Part shown: positions 1-11,744 of the stretch, one piece after another | Numbering within the stretch: position 1 is the first letter of the stretch | Layout of the letters: each line of letters begins with the position of its first letter | From: Kudoa neothunni | Lineage: Eukaryota; Animalia; Cnidaria | NCBI GenBank assembly: GCA_964304625.1 | Contig: OZ199838.1 | Span: forward strand, 15,241,650 to 15,305,649 | Reading direction: 5' to 3' | Length of the DNA: 64,000 nucleotides | Notes under the pieces: generated by a model | Told to the model about the DNA's origin: nothing | What the model saw: only the letters and a program-made list of their open reading frames with translations | The model's database searches: none | Position numbers and translations under genes: made by a program

Positions 1-779
1 GGATAAGTCATTTTTTCATTAAAACATAAAAAGATTATTATAATGGCGACCACGCGAAATCTCGATATTGGGCAGTTAAAGTTCAGGTCCTGATTTAATA
101 CGCAATATCGAGACCTTAATGTATATGGGTTGTTCATAGGATGAGTGACTTTAAGCGGAAAAACGAATAATAAATTTTGAACTTTTAGTTTAAATATTTG
201 TAAAGATTTTTCACTAAGCAAATCGTTGAAGGGTATTTATAGAAAGGAAAATGATAAGAAAACAATAATCTTTTTAATTTCTACTAATATTTATCAATTG
301 ACAAAATTGCATTCCACTTACTGCAAATTTATAATTATAATTAAAAAAATTAAAACGTACTTTATCTATTAAGATAATAAAACAGGGATTCATTAGATGC
401 AAATGATGTTATCTAGTTAATATGTGAGCAGTAAATTATAGGTTCTCTAGGCTAAGCAAAAGATTCTGGCAACATACAAATAAGATATATTTAATTAATG
501 AATGTACCTTTGGTGTTTTCACACATGTGAGATAAAATTATGAAAATTATTTCCCATTCATCATAAAAGAATTATTCGATTTATTAAAAAAATTAAGTGC
601 TTTAAATCTTATATCGATAGCTGAGATCGACTAGTTTATTCTTGTTGAATAATCTCTTTCGTATTTGAGATATCGAAAATTTAATATGGAAAGCATATTT
701 TATTCTTTACAAAAAATATTTTGTAATTGTCTGATTGGACATAAAAAAGGTTATATATTTATACCGGAAACCATTAGAG

Positions 780-1456
780 CAGTGTTTTCCAACTTTTTTT
801 CTATCGCGTCCCGCTTTTTCTCGAAAAAAATATGTCCCACCCCTTTTAAACGTATTGAGTTTTTTACTTAAACGGTTGATAATCTTGTATAAAGCTCTCT
901 ATCACATTAAAATTTTAGTACAATTAATAGATATTTCTTTTCTCATTAAAGTTAAAATGTGATCGATTAGATCTAACTTAATTTATCGATGGACCTTACA
1001 AATTAAACTCTAGTTCTTCATTCCATTGAAAACGGAATCAAATCAAATTAGTGGTAATCCAACCTTCGTTAGGAAAAACTTTCGTGTTTAGGGAGCTAAC
1101 GAACAGAAAATAAATAATGTAAATACAAAATTAATCAACATTATATTAGATTTAATCAAAAAATGGGATATACGATTCTAAATGAAATAAGATTGAGATT
1201 CAAATCATTCTGATTCTACATGGATGGGCACGTTAAATATTATTATTTATAATTTTTATATAATTAGTCATTGTTTTTTTATGATGTTATCCATCACTTA
1301 AAATAATCTATATCGAAAAAGGCGATGTTAACTTAAAAGTCCGTCATCCTTCCCAATTATCTCATCATTATCCGTGTCACACCAGAGCGGTTTTTTAAAC
1401 GTTCAATAATTTTTGTCTCACCAAAATTCTTCAACGCCGCACGTTGGGAAACGCTG
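780..1456. mobile_element. Non-autonomous hAT (Buster/Charlie-like) element
   Basis: TIRs CAGTGTTTTCCAAC / CAGCGTTTCCCAAC; perfect 8-bp TSD CATTAGAG at 772-779 and 1457-1464. Confidence 0.85.
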
Positions 1457-1769
1457 CATTAGAGTATTATCGAACGAAAACCCGAACCTGGATTGTTTAT
1501 ATCAACGAGTAGACACTATATTAGCACTCTAGATGCAATTATAGGCTGCTGCAAAAGTCAACCGATATGTGAGAGGAACTAAACTTAAGGACAATTATTT
1601 TTCACCAATAGATTATTTATTAAAACAATAAAATATATAAAATATTTCTCTGTTCTTCATCTTATACAAATGCTAAAGTATTAAACGGTATACATCTGTA
1701 TCTATAGTGCTAGTCAATAAATTTTATAATAATAGAACTCTGTAATGATATAATAGTTCCTTTTAATTG

Positions 1770-1850
1770 AATATATATATCTATATATATATCTATATAT
1801 ATATATATATCTATATATATATATATATCTATATATATATATATATATAT
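1770..1850. repeat. Interrupted (TA)n microsatellite
   Basis: TA run punctuated by single C. Other TA runs lie at ~5907-5932, 37904-37933 and 54765-54803. Confidence 0.95.
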
Positions 1851-3000
1851 GCAAACCCAAATGGAATTCAAATATTTTCAATGTTTGTCGTTGAATCAGG
1901 CTGAAATTTGTAAAGAAAATTCCATTAGGGTATTCCATTAAGCAACATGTAATAAAATTTCAAATTGAAACGTTATTCTATAAACATTATTTAAGAAGCG
2001 TTGTCCTTAGAACTACTCACATTAAATTGCCCCAATTTTACTATTTAGCATGCCAAAGAAAAAAACATATTACTTGGATTTATGAGACAGATTTCTGTAA
2101 GTGATAAAATGAGGACGGAGAGAAACAGGATTTTCATGTTCGTACAATACCAGGGCTTTGTAATAAAAATAAGTGATGAGATTAAATTGTTTTCAATTAA
2201 TCATTTTCGATCTTATTGTACATATATTTTATTAACATGTGAAAATTATCATTTATTAGTTGAATTTTATAATTAAGTTTGAGTTCGACATGATCGAAAT
2301 TATCAATTTTTTGTTCAAAATATTGTTTCAATTCATGATATATAATTACTGTTCAACTTTATTAATTTGTTCTTATGAAATGTCCATAAACAAATACTCC
2401 AATTATTACATCAAATTTTTTATTTTTTTGTTCTTATTTTCACTTGGAATAAGATTATTTATTCATATTCAGAATAAATTAATGAAATGATCATTTTACA
2501 AAGTAATTACATTCCATATCTTGAGGACTCGTTCTAATTCGCTACGGACCGCATCTAACCTTTTTGATTTTTCACTCCTCGTACAATTTATCTGTTTACA
2601 TTCATAAAAGTCATAACAATTATCAGATATGTTTTTGGAGATTACTAAGAGGTTTAGTTTTGACAGTTTATATAAAGCATTAGTTTTCAATATCTATGTT
2701 TTCTGTTAAAAATCATTTCCAACTCAACTAATAGAATAACTGCCACCATTGTAGATATTTTTTGATATATATTCTTAAAAAAATTTTTTTAACGAGTTCT
2801 CGTTGTAAAATTTGATTGAATTATTTTGCTCAAATAAGAAGAATAAACACTGTTGAATCGCAAAATTCAGAGTCGTAATAATTATAGATTTTTCTAGTGA
2901 TAAAAATCAAGCCAGCTATATAAAAATTAAAAAATTACGGTGTTTCTTTGTTAAAAAATCATATTCAATTTCAGCTAAGAATACACTCTTTACATATATA

Positions 3001-5188
3001 TGTTACAGGTATAGTATGAAATTCAGGCAATGTATAAAAAATTAATTACCACCAAAAAGATGTTCGGGTCGTCATTTTCACGTGATAATAATCCTTGGGA
3101 TTAGGTGACGCTACGTAAGTTTGTGCTCATTGCTGTGTGTTTGTAAACATGAACGGAGAAAATTCAAATGTAACATTTGAAAAAGAATATCGTTTGATTG
3201 AAATGAGAGAACTTTTCCTTACCGACGTCAGTTATGAACGACTAGTAAATGATATGATAAGAGCAAAGTTAACAACAAAGAAAGGACCACGGGATTATTG
3301 GCTTTTGAAACGCTACGATGTGATGACGATAGAAAAAAAAGCAAGTTGTTCTATCCTGTCAACGAAAGGGTCCGTTCTATTCAGTTTTACGTCAGTGATT
3401 CTGAATTATTTGATGTTATTCATGACGCTCATGTAGCCATTGGACATGGAGGACGAGACAGAATGTTAAAGGAGCTTCGACCAAAATTTAAAAAAATTAC
3501 CCGTCGTGATATTGAATTGTACATTCAACTTTGCCAGGCATGCCAGAAGAAACAAAAAGGCATGAAGAAAGGCATTGTAGTGATACCGATGGTATTTTCA
3601 GATTTCAATTCCCGCTGTCAGGTGGATCTAATTGATTTCCAATCCCATCCTGATAAAGAATACAAATTTATAATGGTATATCAAGATCACATTACTAAGT
3701 TTGTTATTCTACGGGCTATTAAATCAAAAACAGCTGAAGAAGTAGCGTTTAGTTTAATAGACATATTCACATTACTGGGAGCTCCATCGATATTGCAGTC
3801 GGATAACGGTCGAGAATTTGCCAATAAGGTGATCACAAACCTGAAGAAACACTGGCCGACATTGAAGATTGTTCATGGAAAGCCGCGACATTCTCAAAGT
3901 CAGGGTAGTGTTGAGCGAGCTAACCAAGATGTCGAAAACATGTTGTCTACTTGGATGCAAGACGAAAAAACAAACAAATGGAGTGAAGGAATACGTTTCG
4001 TCCAACTTATGAAAAATAGAGCTTTCCATTCTGGGATTCAAAGAACACCTTACGAAGCTCTCTTTGGCTGAAAAGTTAAAATTGGTCTCACTACGTCTTC
4101 CATACCTCAAGATGTTTTAGTCGGTATACACACTGAAGAAGAATTAGAAATAATAATTGAAAATATGAACACAATAAAGCTAGAAGATGTGAACCATGTG
4201 ACCGAAGAAATGAGCATTACTACACAGAACCCTGTTGAGATTTCTGAATACGAAATGGAAAAACAATGCTACAATGAAGAGATGTGTATTCAAGAATCTG
4301 AAAATTTTTCCGTGTGTTGTGTATGCTTAAAAGCAAGTACTGGTGCACGTACTTGCATTAAGTGTGACCGAAGCGTCCATATAATCTGTGGCGAAACTCT
4401 AAAAGACGACAATGGTGAAACAATTAAAGGTTATGGTGTTGATATCTGCTGCATTATTTGTTTTAACATTGAAAATGCGGGAAAACATAAGAAGCTGTCT
4501 ATGTTGAGCCTAGAGATCCAAGCGAAAAAATGAAAATGGCTTCGGACAAAAATTTTTCTCCTGCATCTTTGGGCGATACTATGCGCATTCCTATTCCTGA
4601 TGTGGACAAGGGACGTGGTGACCCGCGAAATGTGTTAGCGGTGGTAATGGGCCTTACGGAAGATGGTTTTTACCGACTTGGAACTAATCAAGGAAGGTTA
4701 AAGCAGCTATACGCAAGATCACAATTTAGCGTTTGCCAAAAGCGATTTATAAAAATTGTTGATGTCCCTGACCACGAAATACCTCTACGGTCTGCCGCTA
4801 CTTCTCAATCTGCAGGAAGTGGTCAAGGATTTTTAAGGTGTATGTGTAAAACTAAGTGCCAAAATAACAAATACCTTTGCCTCAAGAAGAATTTACAATG
4901 CAATTCAAAATGCCATTCTAGTCTTCCTTGTTGTAATAAATAATAAGTTATTGGTGTGCTTCGTTTGTGATTTTTCTGAAGGTTAATTTTGATTTCTTTT
5001 TGCGCTTCATTTTTGATTATTAACCATTTTTTGACGAATATCTTTTTAAATTTGCATATTTGCACATTGCCTGAAATAGAACTAGTCGTTGTATAGAATG
5101 CCTAGGTAGAGTATGTAAGAACGCATGTATTATACACATTGCCTAGGTATTCTATATATTGCCTGAATTTTATACATTGCCGGTAACA
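3001..5188 (+). mobile_element. Ginger-type DNA transposon with KRBA2/SCAND3-like integrase
   Basis: Termini TGTTAC...GTAACA, ~35-bp imperfect TIR, repeated GGCAATGTATA subterminal motifs, 4-bp TATA on both flanks; no LTR, RT or gag. Confidence 0.85.
3149..4943 (+). pseudogene. Integrase-like DDE transposase (HHCC, DDE, Cys-rich C-terminal regions), three lesions
   Basis: HDAHVAIGH..CQAC, QVDLID, LQSDNG, QGSVERAN, then a PHD-like Cys/His cluster and CMCKTKC..CNSKCH. Frameshifts at A-runs 3333-3340 and 4525-4530; in-frame TGA at 4069-4071. Confidence 0.9.
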
Positions 5189-5473
5189 TATATATTATAA
5201 ATATTGTTTCACTCATGAAAATAAGAACCTTTGAAGTAAACGAAAAAGTTCACAATGAAAAGCAATGTTTGTTTTTGAATATAATCCACAATGACTTTAC
5301 GTTAATTAATTCAACAAATCATTTCAGGTTTTTGTTTTTACAATAGCACGTTGAAGTAATAATATTGTATATATATTCGTCGCTATTATGAATTCTAGTT
5401 TCTTAACAACAGGTTCGAATACCAAGACAAACTTTTTAATGGTTGATTATAAAGTTTGTAACCAAAAGTAACA

Positions 5474-5626
5474 CGCGCCCAGTCAGCTTAAGAAGGTACG
5501 GCATCAGGAGCCTTATAAGCTACGGCTCGCAGGTTCGAATCTCATCCGCGACCATTCCATTACATTTGTCTAGAAATAAATATCCTAATAAAATAGATTT
5601 ATTTTGTTTTCATTAAATATCGATTC
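5474..5626 (+). mobile_element. tRNA-derived SINE, copy 1
   Basis: B-box GGTTCGAATC (5532-5541) followed by CCA and an AT-rich body; aligns over ~150 bp with the inverted copy at 21181-21332. Confidence 0.7.
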
Positions 5627-5719
5627 CCTCGATAATAATACCGGTCTTTCATTTTACTATATCATCACTGACTACAGTGAATGTCTTGTGAATATTTACT
5701 GCGTAATCGTTCACTTGTA

Positions 5720-7730
5720 GGTGTTCAAATTGTTTGGTGAAGCAGATCAATATCAATGATTGTTTAAAGAAGCTAAAATATATTTCCATGCTTTTAATTT
5801 AACATATACCAATAATATTGATGAAAAATAAATTAAAGTTAACAAATTTAGAAACAGCAGTTCGCTACACATTTACCGTTGAATTGAAACAGGTATCTTG
5901 TTTACAATATATATATATATATATATATATATGAATTTGAGATAAATTGAATAAGTCTCAAGCATTGTTTATCTGGGGTCTAGAAATACCCCAGTCAGAG
6001 TAAGGCACACGAGTTTTATTTCGGGGGTTAATACAGAGAGGATGAAAAAATTTTGTATGAAAGATTAAAACTTATAGATTTGTAATGAAAAAAATTGAAC
6101 ATAAAAACGTACAATCAAAAAATAAGAAATTAGCATAAATTAGAGCTCAAGGGATGTACAAGAAGATGCCATGTTCGATGTTACTTTTGGAAATATACGA
6201 CCTTTCTACTAGATAATCCAACTGTTTCTAGAAAGATATAAGAAAGAATGAAATCTACGGAAATACTTCAAAATCATCCTGGCTAATGGAGATTCCTTTG
6301 CTTGAAAGATTTTCCAAAGTGAGTTTCCATAGTTGTTCTACATGGCACTCGGAGGATTTTTTTAATTTACTGACAATAATACACTAAAAATAATTCAAAA
6401 ATAAAACAATATTTCTATAAACAACATAATACCCGAACAATATGTATAACATCGCCGGAAGAAATGTTAGTAATACGGTTTACACCTCCGGCAGACAAAT
6501 ATAACTCTGGGTCTATTTGAACGATAGTCTGAAGCATTGATTTTAGATTTATTTGAACTTTTCTGCCGAAGAATGAGGGATTCACGCAATAAATAATAGT
6601 CTACAGAAATGAAAATATAACGATTCACAATATATGATAAACAGCGAGCGTTAAGTTAAGCACGTATACAACAACCTAAGAGATAGATACCTGCTGCTGT
6701 GAAGATCCCGGTGAACAACTCACCTGCTTCAATATCTCAGATTTGTGGAGAACTTTTAGGTACAATTGAAGAGCGCTGGTAGAGATATTTGTGTGATTAT
6801 GTAGATCACTATTGAATACAAATTAACCACGGGAACCCAAAACTAACTAGTACTCAATGGACTGCTGTGGATGTTCATTGAAAGAGTATAGCATTAGAAG
6901 AGTGGGTAAGTCGGCAATAATTTCGTATGACCTGCCATAGACATGAGTTTTAAGAATGCCTAAAAAGATGGAGTTTAATTGATGGTAGTCAACAAACAAT
7001 TTATTCAAAAATAACCATATGATGCATGTGGTGACAGGATCATAGAACGGTTATCATAATTTTCCACGAAGAAATCTTGAACCTTCAAAAAAATACTCCA
7101 ATAGAAACTGTCAAAAGTAAATTTCAATTATATTACAGATCTTAACGATTGATCCAGAAAGGGAGGAAGAAAAACGTTAGACTCATCTTTACAGGAATCA
7201 AACAACGGAGCAATATTCCATAGTACTGACTAGATTGGAACAAAGATGATTGAAACATTTAGGATTTTGTTTTGAATAATTACACGCAAGATAGTAAAAT
7301 CGAATGAGGTACTGGAAATTGAATCCATATCGGTGTTTTCATACAGCGATGAAGCGCGTTTCCAATTACAATAAGCATGTTTGAATGCTGGCTGAACTTC
7401 GATATCTTTGATCATGTAATCAAGTGTGGAATCGTGTGTATCAGGGAATTTTTCCTATTATTAACACAACCACGCCATATTAAATAAATAAATAAATAAA
7501 ACATAAACTATATAGAGAGATTTGGTATGCAGATTGAGCCGATGATACCTTTAAAGTTTGATTGGCGTGTTTTTCAATTAGGAGAATCCGTAGATTGTTG
7601 TCACGAAAAATTAGTCGTTCACTGGCTTTTTCGTAGTAATAAACCAAAAAAAGGTCTACGTCAAGAATATGATCTAACGATAGATCCTAAAAGCGAAATG
7701 CGATTAGAATATAGATTTGAACTTTAAATC
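5720..7730 (+). pseudogene. Decayed multi-exon FN3-repeat gene, usherin-like
   Basis: LKLTNLETAVRYTFTVELKQ followed by a GT donor (~5835-5892); RFQLQ*ACLNAG*TS (7357-7401, cf. usherin-type LQACTxAGCTSS); LVVHWLFRSNKPKKGLRQEYDL (~7611-7676); LTIDP repeated at ~7141 and ~7674; many stops. Confidence 0.45.
5933..6041 (-). mobile_element. Terminal fragment of the piggyBac-type MITE family seen at 20766
   Basis: Reverse complement aligns with 20766-20870 (CCGAAA.AAAAC.CGTGTGCC..TGACTGGG..ATTTCT.GACCCCAGA). Confidence 0.7.
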
Positions 7731-8369
7731 TAATTTATCAATCTTAATAATAATTTATCTTTATTTTACAAACATTTGAACCCTCTAATGTTCCCAAAAT
7801 CAGCCGCATTCCGACGGATCCTGAAGTAGAAAAATACCCAGCGTTTTTATTTGATCATTCGTTGCAAACAAATTTAGTAAGAAGAAATATTGAAGATTTT
7901 TGTGGATACAAAAAAGAATAAAGTGTTAAAGCATAAATAAATTCGTTAATAATCTCGATAATTCTACGAATACCATTTTTGTTAACAGCAGTCAAATTAG
8001 ATCTTAAGTCCGAATTCCATTTACTGTGGCTTTACTAATTAAAACTTTTAAAATAAAAATATTAATCTACATATCTCCTTAGCCTATTTTCGTGTCATAA
8101 ATAAACCGCATCTAAAGTAAACAAGATCCATAATCATTTATTAGGTGGTTCTTACATAAACATTTATTGCATATTGGGCACACAACGTTATTTTATCCAG
8201 TTTTCTTGGACAAAATTAACATCTTGATATTTAATTCGAGAATTTTGCGTACAAGATATCCTTGGAATATGGATTAAACGTGGTAAAGATTTTTGATTGT
8301 CATGTTTCTCTCCATTAGTAGGTTATATAATAATTTCGCCATCATTTAAAAAACTTCCTCCAAAGAATA

Positions 8370-9646
8370 CAGTAATGGATCGGCTGTACGGAATCCCATT
8401 GGGGATGAGGAAATTGTACGTACTACCGGTCCTGGCTGGACAGTACGTCAACGCTTCTCAACTAAAACTGGATTCGCACCACCTTGCATACGATAAGGTG
8501 TAACTGATTCAGAATTTCTCCAAAATTATTTTCAATATTGATCGGATCTCGCATCTCCAGTTAGGAACCCCTGCAGTACCGCCAGAGCGTCTACTGCTTG
8601 GGTTTTCCTCAAGATCTTGGGATTTTTGTGGTCACCTTGGGTTCTTGGTTTTTTTATTCTTTTTAAATCTTGGATTTTCATTGAAAACCTGTAAACATTG
8701 AATAATAACACGAATTTTATTATGTGCGACATTAATATTTATATTTTTAATAACGTATCCTACTCAGATTATATCGTGCAGGGTTTAAACATTTAAGATA
8801 TTGAACGACAACACAATAGATTATTTAACGTGACACGATTGCACAATTGTTCAATTAACATTGCCGCGCATTATTAGAAAATCTAACGTTATTTCAAAAT
8901 ATGTCTTGAACTATGAATGAATTAATTCATTGTGGGCACATTGACCTATATTAGATATTCAATTTGAATGAGTGTTCGCGCCAATAAATTGCAATAATAC
9001 GACGATAAATTTAAATTTAATATCTGTAGACGTATTTGAAGACTCGGAAGATGATTAAAAACTTTAGTAGAAATGATTCTATTTTTTGTTTAATAATACG
9101 ATTTAAATTGAAAAAACATCCGAAACCCAATCAGATATTAACTCCCGCTTCTTTGAGCCAAGATGTTTTAAATAATTGCCAAGCTCTTCTAAATAAAATA
9201 ACGCCGTCTTTGAAGGGTTCAATATTTTATCAATAAAATCATCTTCTGTTTCTAAACCTCTGAGGCAGAGATGTCATTGCACCATTGTTACTACTATGAG
9301 TCGATGAAGAACCCCTTATAAAACAAACTACTACATGCCTACAACACGTGTCTATGCTTATCCTTTGTTTTTAGCTAGCTGTTACGTTAATGTAACTAGA
9401 AAAACTTACCGATTGTTTAATGGCGTGAAAAAGCGTTTCATTTAATCATGCGGTCAAAGCAAAAAGGTACGTAGGACCGATCCTCATGTGACTTTATTTT
9501 CCATTAATTGGTAGTAATTTTTGCTTGTAAATCATTTAAGACGAATAATTATAGCATTATATAATTTTTAAATCCATTAAAAATATTAGCGAAAATTTTG
9601 GTATGTAAAATAACAAAGGTAAATACGTACGAGCGGTCCATTACTG
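8370..9646. mobile_element. TA-flanked Tc1/pogo-type MITE, copy 1, nested in piggyBac
   Basis: TIRs CAGTAATGGATCGGCTGTACG / CAGTAATGGACCGCTCGTACG; TA on both sides; ~600 bp homologous to the inverted copy at 26158-26863. Confidence 0.8.
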
Positions 9647-9830
9647 TACTATCACCAAAAGCTAGTTTTTATGTAGAGTCGCGTGATCTATTTATTGTTT
9701 GTAAGCGTTATATCGTAGAATCTAGATTGTAGAAAATTCTAAAACTTATCACTTGTATTAAAAAATAGTTCTACTTTAATTTTCGCAAAGAAAAAATTGG
9801 AGTATTTTTTTACCCCAAGGTCCATTAGAG

Positions 9831-10496
9831 CCGGGGTTTTCAACCGGAAGTAAATTTACTCCTTAGGGATAGAATTTAAATGACAGGGGGCATATTAAAT
9901 AACATTAAAATCAGATAGGGAGAATTTTTGGGTTATGGGTTTGTGGTGTACTACCGGATTTCAAAGGAATTATATTATACAGGACTATTAAACTCAATAA
10001 GAATTAAGAAAAATTCGTACAATGTTTTTAGGAATAAGTTTTTAACAGCAATTTATAAAACTATTCTCAATCTCAATCTCCTTGTTTTATGCCTCGTTTA
10101 TCTTTTAGTGGTGTAGTCTAATAATAATAATAATAATACTTAAAATGACTATTTTTATGATAAATAATACTCGAGTGTCGTTAGTTTTGACTATTTTTAA
10201 TTATTTCTAGTCCGAATGAGAGAAAGATTGGGAATAAAATAATCTGATTTGGCAAAATCTACAAAATAAAATCTGTATACAATTTGTGAGTAAGAGTTGA
10301 TGGGATTAAAAATTGTCTTATGCACGCGGACGTGCTTGTTAGGACCAAAATTTACCCCTCAAACAGTCTCTGCTAGAGCTAAATTAATATAAAACCATAA
10401 AGGTAAACATGAATTTGGCTCCAAAGTTAAGGGGTTAAATATCGATTTTTCATCGGACTGAGGGGGTGATGTTGAAAAAAAGGTTGAGAACCCCTG
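9831..10496. mobile_element. Non-autonomous hAT element inserted in a piggyBac TIR
   Basis: TIRs CCGGGGTTTTCAACC / CAGGGGTTCTCAACC; perfect 8-bp TSD CATTAGAG at 9823-9830 and 10497-10504. Confidence 0.85.
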
Positions 10497-10976
10497 CATT
10501 AGAGGGTAAAATATATAAAGATATGTTTTTGTGGGTTGAGTTTTATCATTCTCAAATAATAATGATAAACCATGCATGGCTCGAAACACACTTGGTTTAG
10601 CGTAATAGTTTCCTATTTTTACAATCTAATAGTATAGATTCTTAACTGATCACCAACGTTAATTCAAATAACGATTTAAAAATTTTAATTAATATACGAT
10701 AGAATAATTATATCATTACTAACATCAAAATTGCATATCAAAAAATGCTAAAATTTAAAATCAAGTTCGGTTTTTGTCATAAAAAATTTCATTAAAAACA
10801 TGATAATAACCCGAAACGTCCAATTTTTCACAAAAAAAAACTTTTTAAACCCATGAAGTTAGTTTAATATAACTGAATAATTATAGAATAAGTCAAAGTT
10901 TCCTTTATATTTAGTTTATATCGGTGAAAAGATGAATTAACTTTTGAAGCTTGTCAAAAAATTCATAATGTATATA

Positions 10977-11366
10977 CAATGCAACATCGGAGTTCGAACA
11001 AATATAGAAAGGGTATTCAGAACAAATCCAGCTGGAGAAAAAACCGAGCAGAAATGAAATCCTAGAAGTGGAGTCGCTCAGTCAACTGTGCGAACGTCAT
11101 CGAAAAAGAAACCTCTAAAATCTATTGTGACAACCAAAAATATTTATCCTATATTTAATTATCATTATTATTATATTAATATTTATTTGTTATATTTTAT
11201 AAACAGAAGGAATGCATGTTTTTTCATAAATAAGAATAAAAATAGTCATTTATTTGAGCGCGATAACGGATTAAATTAATTTTCATTATTTTTCACGGGA
11301 AAAATTATTCAGATTTCGAACACACTTCTAATACACGGATTATGGACGAACTCCGAGGTTGCACTG
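10977..11366. mobile_element. pogo/Tigger-type MITE
   Basis: TIRs CAATGCAACATCGGAGTTCG / CAGTGCAACCTCGGAGTTCG; TA on both sides. Confidence 0.8.
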
Positions 11367-11744
11367 TATTAACAGAATTTCTATTCATTTTAGAGTTTGA
11401 ATAAGAAATTCTGCAATATAATGAATTCGTTACTAGTTTTAACTCTCTAGTATTTTTATTTAAATATTTTCGATTATATAAAGTTGAAAGAGAAGGGAAA
11501 ACAATAAAAAATTATGCACGCAAACATGAGAATAATTCCAATATTATTCTGCTAGACGATGATTAGCATAATTACAGAAGATTAATCGCGCTTCTAAATT
11601 CCACAATAATCCATCATTTATTTTTCAAAATAGAGTATTTCTCGTATTGTAAATCCGCGCAACGCTTATTAAGACTTGGAAATTATCGCGCATAAACACA
11701 AGAATAGAAAAATATTCCATCAAATGAGTTTATTGAAAAATTAA

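Larger units (their letters stand above)
410..5440 (-). pseudogene. Decayed divergent cullin (locus B), repeat 3 through C-terminal domains, interrupted by Ginger, hAT and a microsatellite
   Basis: Minus-strand fragments occur in cullin order with cullin-like spacing: FNQILQRELVKKIF (~2780-2820, cf. FQKFYAKMLAKRLV); DIE/TNALYKLSKLNLLVISKNISDNCYDFYECKQIN (2590-2700, cf. DAEKSMISKLK..FQDI..SKDLN); ISSLIFITKPW/ENPVSLRPH (~2110-2185); NGIFFTNFSLIQRQTLKIFE (1870-1930); QLKGTIISL (~1745-1770); LLLSLENL (~445-465). Multiple stops and frameshifts; boundaries approximate. Confidence 0.55.
7781..10506 (-). mobile_element. piggyBac deletion derivative hosting two nested insertions
   Basis: Ends CCCTCTAATG / CATTAGAGGG with degenerate TTAA flanks; both ends align with 16735-17894 in inverted orientation; minus-strand Cys-rich remnant CPRKLDK..CPICNKCLCKNHL at ~8140-8215. 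Confidence 0.75.

Noticed and set aside
1714-1938. ORF with YIYR repeats as a real repeat protein
   Set aside because: The repeat is a translated (TA)n microsatellite; only the first ~25 residues look like cullin remnant.
5474-5555. Functional tRNA genes here, at 21255-21332 and at 40915-40985
   Set aside because: No closing cloverleaf could be built, and the shared non-tRNA tail of the first two indicates SINEs.
8568-8783. Possible further nested mini-element with CCCTGCA/TGCAGGG ends
   Set aside because: Only a 7-bp inverted match and no convincing TSD.
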